Source: Candidatus Saccharimonadales bacterium
GTDB taxonomy: Bacteria; Patescibacteriota; Saccharimonadia; Saccharimonadales; JACDBH01
Direction: 5' to 3'
DNA length: 64,000 nucleotides
NCBI GenBank assembly: GCA_041752595.1
Contig: JBGSWE010000007.1
Location: forward strand, 76,692 to 140,691
Shown here: positions 40,695 to 51,543 of the stretch, piece by piece
How the letters are laid out: each line of letters opens with the position of its first letter
Numbering within the stretch: position 1 is the first letter of the stretch
Position numbers and translations under genes: made by a program
The notes under the pieces: generated by a model
The model's input: the letters and a program-made list of their open reading frames with translations, nothing else
The model's database searches: none
What the model was told of the DNA's origin: nothing

Positions 40695-40745
40695 AAGCCC
40701 CAGAGCAGACAAATTATTGTCTTCTGTGGGGCTTTTATTTTGCTT
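40695..40745 (+). terminator. Rho-independent terminator of small-ORF cassette
   Basis: gccccagagcagac-loop-gtcttctgtggggc followed by ttttatttt. Confidence 0.7.
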
Positions 40746-41394
40746 TAAAACTTTGTAATATTTGGCGCAAAATACTGTTATCGGGACGAATATTAGCGTC
40801 AGTATAGTAAAAGAAGAATTTATTACGTCCAACTTGAGCCGCAATGCCGTCGATTGCTGTTGCTGTACCGATTGTTTGATTAGCAGATATGGGGTCGCAC
40901 ATAAAACTGACGTTTTCCCACTTTGCTAAGAACGGTGCGTTACTTTGCGGCGAGGTACTACCCGAGAAGTTTATACATTCATCAGAAATGTTACCAAGAA
41001 TTAGTTTTTTGTCGTCTACTGTTATTGGTTGTAGCCTTACTAGCTTGTACTCTCTTGGCATAGTGTTTATATGAAGAGTTAGCCTGCGGTCATCCCCACC
41101 TTTTTTAGTTGATATCCAAGAGTAATAATTGGCATAATCTTCTGTTTTACGTTCTTGTAGCTTCCAATCACTTGGTAAGTCTAGGGAAAACAGAGTTTCA
41201 TCTATTTTTTGTACTTCCTCGTCGCTTCCTACCTCTGACAAAATAGGAACAGTTGTTTTGGGGTCTGTTGAACTGGCGATATCCTGGCGTATTATTAGCC
41301 ACGACAATAGCACTATTACTCCGGCAAGAACAATAGTGCCAAAAAATATTGCTATGTTGAGGGGACGTCTAGTGCGTCTTCCGTGTTGATACAT
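40735..41394 (-). CDS. membrane-anchored hypothetical protein
   Basis: N-terminal TM then soluble domain. Confidence 0.5.
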   Translation of the reverse strand: MYQHGRRTRRPLNIAIFFGTIVLAGVIVLLSWLIIRQDIASSTDPKTTVPILSEVGSDEEVQKIDETLFSLDLPSDWKLQERKTEDYANYYSWISTKKGGDDRRLTLHINTMPREYKLVRLQPITVDDKKLILGNISDECINFSGSTSPQSNAPFLAKWENVSFMCDPISANQTIGTATAIDGIAAQVGRNKFFFYYTDANIRPDNSILRQILQSFKAK

Positions 41395-41407
41395 GCTTAT
41401 GTCTATT

Positions 41408-42214
41408 TTAGCCTAAAACACCAAAAGCCACCAAGACTAGAAGCAAAAATCCAAAAAATATTCGATAATAGGCAAATATCTTAAAATCATGGCGCGATAC
41501 ATATGATAGCAACCATTTAATTACTATTAACGCGGTTATAAACGATACAAAAACCCCGACAATCAACGCCGGTGCACCACCCTCAACTGTTGTTAAGTCG
41601 CCAGTAATAAGCTTGTAAGTGCCGGCCATTAGTAATATTGGTATTCCTAAATAAAATGAAAAAGCTGTGGCAGTAACACGGTCTAATCCAGATAATAATC
41701 CACCCATAATTGTTGCCCCAGACCTTGATACGCCTGGAATCAAAGCAATAACTTGGTAACATCCTATAAGAAGTGCTTGTTTGATTGTGATTTTGTCCAA
41801 ATTTGCTTCTTTAGAGGGCTTTGCTCGGTGGTAAGTCTCGATAAACCAAATAACAATACCACCAACTATTGATGCTATCGCAACTGTGGTGGTGATAGCA
41901 TATGCCTCAAGTTTTGCGTCAAAAAATAGTCCGGCAATACCGGCTGGAATAGTAGCAAGTATCCAGACAACCCAAAATGCCCTAGCCAGTTTATCCCCAT
42001 TAAATAGTCCCTTAACAAGATTGATTAAATTTAGCCTATAAAACCAAATAACGGCCGAAATTGCGCCCATCTGTATGACAACCGTAAAGATCTTGCTGGT
42101 GTCATAATAACCAATCGCATCTTGGGCAACAATCAAGTGACCAGTGCTCGAAATAGGTAAGAACTCTGTCAAACCCTCTACTATGCCCAAGATAATTGCT
42201 TGAAAAATTTCCAT
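41408..42214 (-). CDS. uppP: undecaprenyl-diphosphatase
   Basis: N-terminal GLTEFLPISSTGHL motif, 8 TMs, 268 aa. Confidence 0.9.
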   Translation of the reverse strand: MEIFQAIILGIVEGLTEFLPISSTGHLIVAQDAIGYYDTSKIFTVVIQMGAISAVIWFYRLNLINLVKGLFNGDKLARAFWVVWILATIPAGIAGLFFDAKLEAYAITTTVAIASIVGGIVIWFIETYHRAKPSKEANLDKITIKQALLIGCYQVIALIPGVSRSGATIMGGLLSGLDRVTATAFSFYLGIPILLMAGTYKLITGDLTTVEGGAPALIVGVFVSFITALIVIKWLLSYVSRHDFKIFAYYRIFFGFLLLVLVAFGVLG

Positions 42215-42248
42215 ATTCTAAAGTCTATTATAGGCTACAATAGAAGTA

Positions 42249-42650
42249 ATGAGTTATTTTTTAGTAAAAGCCGATCCAGATTCTGATTATGGAATCGAGG
42301 ACCTAAAAAAAGACGGCGAAACTAGTTGGGACGGGGTACATAATAACGCTGCAATTTTGCACATCCGGGCTATGAAACCTGGAGACATTGTCTATGTTTA
42401 TCATTCTCAAAAGCAAAAGTCTATTGTAGGCATGGCAGAAGTAACTAGTGAACCATACGAAAATACCGACGACCCTAGGCGCTCCTGGGCTGTAAAACTA
42501 AAATATTTGAGCACACTAGCAAAACCAATCACTCTAGCAGAACTAAAGACTCAGCCAGATTTAAGTGATTTTGCACTAATTAGAATAGGCAGACTAAGTG
42601 TTATGCCAGTATCAGAAAAGCACAATAACATCATAGAAAGCTTAAAATAA
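42249..42650 (+). CDS. EVE (PUA-like) domain protein
   Basis: YFLVKADPD...WDGV..N..A...M.PGD..Y.YHS signature. Confidence 0.75.
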   Translation: MSYFLVKADPDSDYGIEDLKKDGETSWDGVHNNAAILHIRAMKPGDIVYVYHSQKQKSIVGMAEVTSEPYENTDDPRRSWAVKLKYLSTLAKPITLAELKTQPDLSDFALIRIGRLSVMPVSEKHNNIIESLK

Positions 42651-42651
42651 A

Positions 42652-43083
42652 GTGATTGGTACTCGTACAAATAAACACATAAAAAATTACAGAAAACAGA
42701 TCAAAGAGCTTAAGCCTGGAATTTGCCAGTTTTGTGAGATTAAAGAAGGTGATTCAAGTTATATTAAAGGAACGAAATCATTCAAAATCATTACTAATAT
42801 TTTTCCATATAGCACCTGGGATTTACAAAACGTTAGCGACCACTTAATGATAGTGCCTATAAAACATACAGATACGTTAAATGACTTTACTGCAAATGAA
42901 GCGATAGAGTACGTTGATTTACTTGGATCATATGAAAGCCGTGGCTATAATGTGTACTCTCGAGCTCCTGGTGCAGGTATGAAATCTGTAGTCCATCAGC
43001 ACACACATTTAATTAAGACTACTGGTCAAATAAAACGAATAATACTTTATACTCGCAGGTCACTACTTCGGATTATTGTATAA
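42652..43083 (+). CDS. HIT-family hydrolase
   Basis: Histidine triad HQHTHLI near C-terminus. Confidence 0.7.
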   Translation: MIGTRTNKHIKNYRKQIKELKPGICQFCEIKEGDSSYIKGTKSFKIITNIFPYSTWDLQNVSDHLMIVPIKHTDTLNDFTANEAIEYVDLLGSYESRGYNVYSRAPGAGMKSVVHQHTHLIKTTGQIKRIILYTRRSLLRIIV

Positions 43084-43262
43084 TATGATCATTTTGCGCA
43101 AACAATAACTAGGATGTTGGCTTCTGGGGTTAACTCACTTTTTGGTATATTGTCAAGTGTTCCTACTTATGATTCTGAGCTAGTACTAGCTTGTTGTTTA
43201 TGTATTTAAATATAATCAGCCAACCCTCTATTAGAAAGCGATGATCGTTAGCCGTAAATAAT

Positions 43263-46124
43263 TTAACTATACAGACGTCTTGAGTAAAAGCCACGGAGTG
43301 CGATAACTGCTAGGCTTAGCGGTACAACCAACAGTCCCCATGCAGGACTAACTAACCACCAAACAAGTGCGACTACAGCGAATGTTGCCACAAACCATAT
43401 AAAGAACTGTGTCTTAGATATAGTGAGTCTCAAATATTCAGCGCCTAGGTAGTAGTATGGGAACACGGTTACAACTAGTAGTGTGCTAGAAAGCAGACCA
43501 AATATCAGCACTACAGACAAGCCTTCCCAGAATGGGCTAGTAAGTGCTAATGGGATTAAGGCAACTACAGCAGTCATTGATGTTGCAAACAATGGGCGGA
43601 ATCTCTCCCTTAGGGCCTCGATTGCAGCGTCAACCGCACCCATGCCATCGCGGCGGGCTTGGTTTGCGTAATCCGTCACTAGAATAGTGTTTTTGACACT
43701 AAGTCCAAGAAGAGCAAAGAAACCAAGCAGAGCAAAGAAGCTAAATGCATTATTACTAATATTAAGTCCTAATGCTATACCAAATAGACTGAATGGTATC
43801 GCCATAAATATGAGAAGCGGCTGTAGCAAACTCTTAAACTGAACTGCTAAGAGTACAAACATAACAACTAACAATATCGGGAAAGCAATTAATAGTGTCT
43901 TAAAAGATTCTTGGTTTTCGGCTTCTTGGCCAAGCTCAAAAATTATTGCATCCTCTTTAAGGCCGAAGCTTGCCAGCTTTTCGTTTGTAAACTCGTCGTT
44001 AATAGCTGCTTGTCCAATAGTAACAAGTGTGGACGTATCATCACTATCAAAGCCAGCTGATACTGTAACAATTGGTTTACCGTCGGTGCGAATAAACTGA
44101 TCTGGACTAGAGACTGCGACACTAACAAATTTTGCCGTCGTACCATTTGGCCTTTCTAAACTTGTTGTTTCCATGAACGTTTTCACATCCTCTGCCACAA
44201 TCAGGGCTGCATCACGGTTTTCTGCCTTTATTTGAACTACGAAGTTAGCAGATGGCGGACCGACTCCGGTTTGACCTACGGAAACCTGTGCACCCTTAAA
44301 CTCTGTATTAAATTTTTCCTGTAAATTATTAACTAGTTCCGGCGCCTTAATGTCTCGCTTGGTATAGCTAATTATTTCTATTTGTTGAGAAGCGCTTTGG
44401 GCTGAGCCGCTATTAAAATATGATCCTTGGACAAAATCTTCGCCGATTATATCGGCTGCAAATTTATCGGCTTCGGCAGCGACTTCTTCGGCTTGTTCAA
44501 TTGAAAGTCCTGGAGGAAAATTAATACTTAATACTAATCCGTTTACATCTTTGTCGGCTGGAAAAATATTAAAAGGCACGCTGCGTGCAATTAATGCACC
44601 GGCCAGTATAAAGCCAAGTCCAATAAATACAGCTATAGATCCTACTGCAAAAAGTTTGCGCCTAGAGTGTCTAGCCCAAACCATTGGCCAAGTTACAAAC
44701 TTAGCAATCGCAGCCTCAAAGCCGGCTGCAACTTCTGTAACTCCCTTTTTGCCCATTTGCTTGTCGCCAAGTAATAAGTAGCGCGCAAAAAACGGAATAA
44801 ATACTAAAGCTACTATAAGACTAATACTTAGTGAGGCTATAATCGTAACTGGAATAGCACGGATGAACTCACCCAATATTCCACCGACAAAAAGTAGTGG
44901 TGCAAAACTAAGTGCCGCTGTTGCTGTTGCCGCAACCATAGCCCTGCTTACCTTACGGGTTGCCTCTTGTACTGCTTTACGCTTGTCTTTATGCTTATGC
45001 CTTGCTGCATCAATCGCCTCAACCATAATGATGGTATCGTCAACAATTAAAGCAAGAGCCAAAATTAGTGCAAAAAGTGTTATTACATTTAATGTATAGC
45101 CGATTGCGAACAATAGACCAAGAGTTGCTAGTACAACTGTAATCATTGATATGACAGTAATTATCGAGGCGCGAATAGCAATAACTATTGAGCCCACGAC
45201 AAGGACTGCAATTAAGCCCTCTAGAAGTGCTTTTTGTAGCTCTGAAATATTGTCTTTAATTCCGGGAGCATAACTTGCACTTACTTCGGCTTTATAGGAA
45301 GAGAATTGATCTTGTTTTTGTAGCTCTGAAAGTGCACTATTTACTTCTTTATCAAGTTTTATAACGTCAACGTTGTCAACCGCCGAAAATGCAACTATTA
45401 CTGAGCGGCTATAGTTTGTTGATCCTTCTTCACGTAAACCGAATCTATCAAAATTTCGCTGTACTGAAACTGTTTTACCATTTGATGGATCAACTGTTTC
45501 TGTAAATGGATCTAGAATATAAACATCTGCAACACCAGAAATATTTTTAGATTTTAGCCACTCTGCAGCTTCTTTGGCTTTAGTAGTTAATTCTTGTTTG
45601 CTTGCATTGTCTTGCTTATTAAAGAATGAAGCTGCAAGATCTAACTTTTCTACACCTCCACCAGTTGCACCAAAATATATAGTATTAAATTGAATTGCTG
45701 CATCTTTGGGCAAAACACCAGAGTCTTTAACGGAGTTTTCTAGCTGATTCGTAGCAGTTTTTGAATCAATGCCGTCCTCAAAAGTAACTTGTACAGAAAA
45801 AAAGTTTCCTTGGCTTTGAGATCCAACCGAGACAACCCCTTCTTGCTTAAGGGCGATATCGGATATTGGACCTGTAACATCTGCGTCAACTTTACTTGCG
45901 TCATTTACAAAATATGTTCCGCCAACAATTGCCAAGGGTACATTAACGGTTGGGAAGCCTTCGCGTCTTAATAGGGTGGTGTAGCTGAGTATTCCAAAGA
46001 CTGTAAGTATTATCCAAAATGCGGCAGTTAAGAATGGCTTGTCGAAGAAAAAAGTTGTTATCTTAGAAAGTAGCTTATCCTTAGGTACCTTTACTACTGC
46101 CTTTTTATTAGGTTTTTTGGCCAT
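43263..46124 (-). CDS. MMPL/RND-superfamily transporter
   Basis: 953 aa, 2x(1 TM + large loop + 5 TM) topology. Confidence 0.8.
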   Translation of the reverse strand: MAKKPNKKAVVKVPKDKLLSKITTFFFDKPFLTAAFWIILTVFGILSYTTLLRREGFPTVNVPLAIVGGTYFVNDASKVDADVTGPISDIALKQEGVVSVGSQSQGNFFSVQVTFEDGIDSKTATNQLENSVKDSGVLPKDAAIQFNTIYFGATGGGVEKLDLAASFFNKQDNASKQELTTKAKEAAEWLKSKNISGVADVYILDPFTETVDPSNGKTVSVQRNFDRFGLREEGSTNYSRSVIVAFSAVDNVDVIKLDKEVNSALSELQKQDQFSSYKAEVSASYAPGIKDNISELQKALLEGLIAVLVVGSIVIAIRASIITVISMITVVLATLGLLFAIGYTLNVITLFALILALALIVDDTIIMVEAIDAARHKHKDKRKAVQEATRKVSRAMVAATATAALSFAPLLFVGGILGEFIRAIPVTIIASLSISLIVALVFIPFFARYLLLGDKQMGKKGVTEVAAGFEAAIAKFVTWPMVWARHSRRKLFAVGSIAVFIGLGFILAGALIARSVPFNIFPADKDVNGLVLSINFPPGLSIEQAEEVAAEADKFAADIIGEDFVQGSYFNSGSAQSASQQIEIISYTKRDIKAPELVNNLQEKFNTEFKGAQVSVGQTGVGPPSANFVVQIKAENRDAALIVAEDVKTFMETTSLERPNGTTAKFVSVAVSSPDQFIRTDGKPIVTVSAGFDSDDTSTLVTIGQAAINDEFTNEKLASFGLKEDAIIFELGQEAENQESFKTLLIAFPILLVVMFVLLAVQFKSLLQPLLIFMAIPFSLFGIALGLNISNNAFSFFALLGFFALLGLSVKNTILVTDYANQARRDGMGAVDAAIEALRERFRPLFATSMTAVVALIPLALTSPFWEGLSVVLIFGLLSSTLLVVTVFPYYYLGAEYLRLTISKTQFFIWFVATFAVVALVWWLVSPAWGLLVVPLSLAVIALRGFYSRRLYS

Positions 46125-46240
46125 GATGTCTCCCTTTATATATCAATAGTATCAGAATAAGCAGTTGTCAACTAGTGGTAACCTGTTGTGGCTTTTGTCT
46201 GTGATTATTTTTTTGGATGATAGAACAATTCCAGAAAACG

Positions 46241-46423
46241 TTATTGTTCTTCTTTTATTTCAGCCCCGAAACTATCTGGAACAGTTTCAAGATTAGTCTT
46301 AGTTTCTTTATTCATATTAGCAACTATGCCCCAGGCAATGAATACCCCAAGCACAAGGGCCACTGCAAACAGAGCTACAAAGAAAGAAAAACCCTGCTCA
46401 TTTGATTGTTTGATAGTTTTCAT
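46241..46423 (-). CDS. small membrane protein (60 aa)
   Basis: single TM; upstream of MMPL gene same strand. Confidence 0.4.
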   Translation of the reverse strand: MKTIKQSNEQGFSFFVALFAVALVLGVFIAWGIVANMNKETKTNLETVPDSFGAEIKEEQ

Positions 46424-46484
46424 AATTCTAATGCTTTATATAAACAATATCACGACTTTTACAAAGCTCGTTATATTACTTTTA

Positions 46485-47078
46485 CTATTCTGTTTTGCTT
46501 TCGAGCCGGCCTGCCCGTAGTACCTTGGCCATCCATATTAATTCAGAGTAAGCTTTTGTAACAGCTTCTTTATAAAATTCTTCTTGGAGTTCGCCGTTTT
46601 CATTAAATACATTATGCACATTTGCAAAATATACATCTGTAAAACATGCAACAAGCCCCATTTCCCGAACGGCATTTACGAGTGATTCAACCGCACGTAC
46701 TCCACCCATCCGCCCTGAACTAGCACCAGCAAATGCAACCGGCTTATGGATATAATTTTCGAGCTCGCTATCGAGCATGCGTTTTAAAGTACCCGGGAAA
46801 CTATGGTTATATTCTGGTGTAACAATAAAAAAACCGTCAGCCCAAGCTGTAATTTCACCATATCTACTGTCCTTACCTTCAGGGTCGTTACCATCACCAG
46901 GAAAATAAAAATCACTAGGATCAGCGAAACGAATTTCGACATTATCTTGTTGCTTACCAATATCTGCTACAAATCTAGCGGCATGAATAGATTTGCGCTG
47001 TACACGTGTTGTCCCAGCTAAAACAACTATTTTTATTGATTCATTATTCATAAGCTTTATGATACCAGTATTCCCCAT
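46485..47078 (-). CDS. NAD(P)H-dependent FMN reductase family flavoprotein
   Basis: TPEYNHSFPGTLK motif, flavodoxin-like fold length. Confidence 0.8.
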   Translation of the reverse strand: MGNTGIIKLMNNESIKIVVLAGTTRVQRKSIHAARFVADIGKQQDNVEIRFADPSDFYFPGDGNDPEGKDSRYGEITAWADGFFIVTPEYNHSFPGTLKRMLDSELENYIHKPVAFAGASSGRMGGVRAVESLVNAVREMGLVACFTDVYFANVHNVFNENGELQEEFYKEAVTKAYSELIWMAKVLRAGRLESKTE

Positions 47079-47143
47079 TTTTCTTATATGAACTTTATTG
47101 AACCCTCTATTGATTTAATAATTAACAGGACTATTATGAAGTT

Positions 47144-48733
47144 ATGAAGAAGTGGACACTTGTATTAGTGCTTGGTTTAACTCAGTTTATTATGATCCTT
47201 GATAGTAGTGTAATGAACGTATCAATTTCTACTATTGTAGAGGATTTAGGCACTTCAGTTACAAGTCTTCAGGCAGCAATAACTTTTTATACATTAATTA
47301 TGGCAGCTTTTATGCTTACCGGTGGCAAATTGGGTGATATATATGGACGACTAAAAGCGTTTAGAATTGGTGCAGTGATTTATGGCACCGGATCGTTGAT
47401 AACGGCATTCAGCTCATCTATCGGAATGCTTTTTGTCGGCTGGTCAGTCATAGAAGGCCTTGGAGCAGTATTAGTAATCCCAGCTACTATCGCTCTAATT
47501 GCAATGAACTACAAAGGTAAAGATCGCGTAATCGGTTATACAGCGATTGGTGCTGCAAGCGGTATTGCAGTTGCTTTGGGGCCGCTAATTGGCGGGTATG
47601 TCACAACTTACTTCTCATGGCGCTATGTATTTGTAGCAGAAACAATAGTAATGGCTACGGTACTCATATACTCGTTTACGTTGCATGAAAAGAAGGTTAT
47701 ATCAAAACTTAAACTTGATATTCCTAGCGTACTACTTTCTGCCGGAGGAATGATCCTATTTGTGTTTGGTATATTACAAAGCAAAACATGGGGCTGGATT
47801 ACACCAAAAGCAGTACCGGAAATTTCTGGCCAAGAGATAGCTCCTCTAGGTATATCTATAGTTGCATACCTAATAGTGGTTGGTGTCTTGGTGCTTAGAT
47901 TGTTTTATAAAAGACAAATATTACTTGAGGGCCAAAAAAGGAATCCATTACTCAGGGTATCGATGTTGGATATCAAAGCGCTACGTTCAGGACTTGCAGT
48001 ACTAAGTGGTCAGTACTTCATAACGGCTTCAATATTTTTTGTAATACCTATTTATTTACAGATGGTTCTTGGATATAACGCACTTGATACTGGTAAAAAA
48101 ATATTTCCACTTTCTGTTGGTCTAGTTTTATTCTCTGCAATCGGGTCAAGGCTAATTACAAAATATAGTCCTAAGCAAATAGTTAGAGTTGGCCAAATCT
48201 GTCTAGTTTTTGGAACGCTTGCATTAACCGGTGCAATCAACCCAGAAATGAGAGGATTTCTTTTTGGGTTATCACTCTTTGCAGTTGGTGCTGGTCTCGG
48301 ACTTTTAGTTTCTCAAATAGGAAACGTTACTATTTCTGCAGTGGATGAATCAAAATCAAGTGAAGTAGGTGGTTTACAAGGTACTTTTCAAAACATAGGC
48401 TCTGCATTAGGTACGGCTATTATTGGATCTGTTCTAGTTTCTTCTCTTACTACAGGTTTTGTAACTAGTATTAGTTACAACCCAAACATTTCAAGCTCAA
48501 CGACTGAGCAAATACAAGAACAATCCGTTTCTGGTATACCAATTGCTTCGGCTGAACAAGTTGAGAATTATGCTCTCGATTCGGGATTATCAGAATCAGA
48601 AGCACAATCACTCGGCGAGGAGTACAAATCTTCTCAAATTGAGAGTCTTAGATCAACTATGTTCTTCCTTACTATTATCGCAATATTAGCCTTGGCTTTG
48701 TCGCGCGACATTCCAAACAAAAAGCTTATTTAG
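47144..48733 (+). CDS. MFS transporter, DHA2 (14-TMS drug:H+ antiporter) type
   Basis: 14 predicted TMs, G..GD..GR motif (GGKLGDIYGR). Confidence 0.85.
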   Translation: MKKWTLVLVLGLTQFIMILDSSVMNVSISTIVEDLGTSVTSLQAAITFYTLIMAAFMLTGGKLGDIYGRLKAFRIGAVIYGTGSLITAFSSSIGMLFVGWSVIEGLGAVLVIPATIALIAMNYKGKDRVIGYTAIGAASGIAVALGPLIGGYVTTYFSWRYVFVAETIVMATVLIYSFTLHEKKVISKLKLDIPSVLLSAGGMILFVFGILQSKTWGWITPKAVPEISGQEIAPLGISIVAYLIVVGVLVLRLFYKRQILLEGQKRNPLLRVSMLDIKALRSGLAVLSGQYFITASIFFVIPIYLQMVLGYNALDTGKKIFPLSVGLVLFSAIGSRLITKYSPKQIVRVGQICLVFGTLALTGAINPEMRGFLFGLSLFAVGAGLGLLVSQIGNVTISAVDESKSSEVGGLQGTFQNIGSALGTAIIGSVLVSSLTTGFVTSISYNPNISSSTTEQIQEQSVSGIPIASAEQVENYALDSGLSESEAQSLGEEYKSSQIESLRSTMFFLTIIAILALALSRDIPNKKLI

Positions 48734-48765
48734 AATTATTTTTTTAAGCTAAAAAATATTATCTA

Positions 48766-49539
48766 TTGGTGGACTTTAACTTCGGCTATAGAATAAGTAT
48801 TAAGCATATGCGTATTCTAAGTCTAAATAATCGTAAGTTCATCAAAGATTTCAAGTTACCACTGATAGCAACTGCAGTTTTTGGAGTAATGTTATTTGGT
48901 ATGGTTCTTTCTAGAACACTAGAAAGAGTGGCGCTTGCAAATGTGTTAGATAATAATTCGAGTATAGGAGGAGACTACGCAACTCTTCTTAGTAATGATA
49001 AAGTTGATGAATTAAAAAAAGGCGAAGTCGAAAACCAAGTTAATACAAGTAGTCAAAATAACTCTACAAGCGAGCCTAACTCAACACAAAATTCCCCTTC
49101 AACGGAAACTTCCTTCACTGTAAGCCCCGATCCTGAACCTACTCCAACACCTGAAACACCTGCAACTCCTGCGCCAGGGCCTGCTCCAGTTTTTTCTGCA
49201 ACAATTGATAGTATGGTTTTTAAAGGAGCTAGGTTGGAGTGCACTTCAGGAACCCAATCACCTACTAGTTGTACCAAATTTTACTCTTTCGAAGCAAAGG
49301 TTGTTTCACAAAACGGACCAGGAAAAATTGATTATTCTTGGACAATCAATCCTTCATCAGGTGCAAATAACGGAACAATAAATGTTGGAACAGGACAAAC
49401 TTCATCAATTATTGAAAAGAGTTTTGGTATTCCGTGTTCAGTAACAACTATTAATTTCGTATACGTTCAACTTAGATTAATTAGTCCTAATTTAGTAGGT
49501 TCTGCCCCCATTCAACAACCACATAAATGCTTTAACTAA
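48766..49539 (+). CDS. secreted/membrane-anchored hypothetical protein with Pro/Thr-rich linker
   Basis: N-terminal TM, PTPTPETPATPAPGPAP linker. Confidence 0.45.
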   Translation: MVDFNFGYRISIKHMRILSLNNRKFIKDFKLPLIATAVFGVMLFGMVLSRTLERVALANVLDNNSSIGGDYATLLSNDKVDELKKGEVENQVNTSSQNNSTSEPNSTQNSPSTETSFTVSPDPEPTPTPETPATPAPGPAPVFSATIDSMVFKGARLECTSGTQSPTSCTKFYSFEAKVVSQNGPGKIDYSWTINPSSGANNGTINVGTGQTSSIIEKSFGIPCSVTTINFVYVQLRLISPNLVGSAPIQQPHKCFN

Positions 49540-49556
49540 ACTGATGTAAGCTAATT

Positions 49557-51503
49557 ATGCGCAAACTTTCATTAAAAAATTTTAAACTATCATTACGAAC
49601 AAATAATATACAGCAGCGTTTTGTGCTGAGAGTATTGGTGCCACCGTTTGTTATTTTATTAGTATTAGGGATATTGATATTTTGGCAATTAGATAATTTT
49701 GTACGACAGCAAGCTATCGATGAACTAAAACGCGACTCATCAACAACTGCAGTCAGGCTGGAGCGTGAGTTTACAATCCGTAAAACAATACTGAGTAGAA
49801 CCGGTGAGGAATTATTCTTTATTAAGAGTAGCTATCTTTCTTCTATAGATGCCCTAGGAAAACAACGTACTGAGTGTTCAGCACATGTTAAATCAAAAAG
49901 AACTTTTGTAAATGCGCCAAATAACTCCTGCGAACCGTTCTTAGCCGAGTTTGCAGTAAAAGGATCATCATCCCTACAGGCAGTTGAGGATGGATATATA
50001 AGAGTTGGAGAAGAATTAATCCAAACACAAAATCAAGCCATTAATGATAGGCTCTCAGCTTACAAGCAGTTTTTTCCTGAAACCGTAGCATTACTAGTAA
50101 TTAATGATTCAAAAGAAATAGTAAGTTCTGCTCAGTCAGAGTTATTGGTTAGTTCAATTGATGCCCTGACCGAGATTGCTGGAAATGCAATTAGTGAACC
50201 TGTCGAGGGTAAATTAGTTTCATTAAATGATATAAATCTAAGTACCTTTGCATACCCAATTACTGGAGGGAGTGTACTGGCAGCATATGATACTAGCAGC
50301 GAAAGCTTTATTCGCGAATCTTGGCAGAGTACTCCAATAGATAAAAACGAATCGATAGCTTTAATTCTTGATAGTAATGGCAGCCCCGTCTATCCGGTAT
50401 TACCATTCAGTAACAATATAAAAGATGTTCAGGATGAGCTGCGTAATCAAAAATCTGTAAACATTAATCTTAAGGATATTGACAACTTGGCTGTCGCTAG
50501 CGAAGTTGGTAGTTCTAAATGGCTAGTAGTTGTTTCTTCACCGTCTGTTGCTGTACTTGCACCGCTTAAGAATGCACAAGTAATAGCGGTGCTTATTATC
50601 GGAACACTGTTGGTTGGATTCTTGTGGGTTGGAGCATTCTTTATAAAACGAACCGTTGATAGCATTCTTGGACTTGTTAGTGGGGCTTTGGTTTTTTCTG
50701 GTGGCAAATTGGATTACAAAATACAGCTAAAAAATTCAGATGAAGAGTTCGTGGCGCTAGCCAACACTATGAATAATATGGCTGATAGAATAGCAAAAAT
50801 CGAGAAAGAAGTAGATGAGAAAAACAAAGAATTTATATCAATTGCTACTCACGAGTTGCGCACACCACTAACAGCAATTATTGGTAATCTATCAATGATA
50901 ACTGAAGATTTTGGAAGCAGATTAGACGAAACCATCAAACCTCTTGTTGGCCAGGTTTTCGAAAGCTCCGTTAGATTAAAAGAACTTGTAAACGATATGC
51001 TTGATGTAGCCAGGTTGGAAGGCGGCAGAGTAGAGTTTAGTCCTGTAAATATAGATATTAAGCTTACAAGTAAAGCGGTTATAGATAATTTACAAATAAC
51101 CGCAAAAGAAAACGGAATAAGTCTAACCTATAGTGAAGCTGGTGCATTAGAGGTGTTTGCAGATGAAGCTCGCCTTCGCATAATTTTAAACAATTTTGTT
51201 TCTAATGCTATCAAATACAACCGCCCCAACGGCTCTGTAACGGTTTCACATTCAATGAAGGATGGAAAATTAGTTACTTCGATTGCAGATACAGGGCTAG
51301 GTATTCCTGAGGAACAAAAAGCCCATATGTTTGAGAAGTTTTTCCGAGTTAAAAACGATGATAGAAAAAATGTCGTAGGAACTGGACTAGGAATGTACAT
51401 TACGCGCGAATATATTTTGTCAATGAACGGCGAGCTTTGGTTTGAATCTATACATGGCCAGGGCACAACTTTTTATTTCACCTTGCCACTACCAAGTAAT
51501 TAA
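49557..51503 (+). CDS. sensor histidine kinase (large extracytoplasmic sensor, HAMP, HisKA, HATPase)
   Basis: H-box ATHELRTPL, N-box, G2 GTGLGMYI; two TMs flanking about 300-aa sensor. Confidence 0.85.
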   Translation: MRKLSLKNFKLSLRTNNIQQRFVLRVLVPPFVILLVLGILIFWQLDNFVRQQAIDELKRDSSTTAVRLEREFTIRKTILSRTGEELFFIKSSYLSSIDALGKQRTECSAHVKSKRTFVNAPNNSCEPFLAEFAVKGSSSLQAVEDGYIRVGEELIQTQNQAINDRLSAYKQFFPETVALLVINDSKEIVSSAQSELLVSSIDALTEIAGNAISEPVEGKLVSLNDINLSTFAYPITGGSVLAAYDTSSESFIRESWQSTPIDKNESIALILDSNGSPVYPVLPFSNNIKDVQDELRNQKSVNINLKDIDNLAVASEVGSSKWLVVVSSPSVAVLAPLKNAQVIAVLIIGTLLVGFLWVGAFFIKRTVDSILGLVSGALVFSGGKLDYKIQLKNSDEEFVALANTMNNMADRIAKIEKEVDEKNKEFISIATHELRTPLTAIIGNLSMITEDFGSRLDETIKPLVGQVFESSVRLKELVNDMLDVARLEGGRVEFSPVNIDIKLTSKAVIDNLQITAKENGISLTYSEAGALEVFADEARLRIILNNFVSNAIKYNRPNGSVTVSHSMKDGKLVTSIADTGLGIPEEQKAHMFEKFFRVKNDDRKNVVGTGLGMYITREYILSMNGELWFESIHGQGTTFYFTLPLPSN

Positions 51504-51543
51504 GAATAATAACCTAGCCTTTAACCTATTAATTAATGATATT

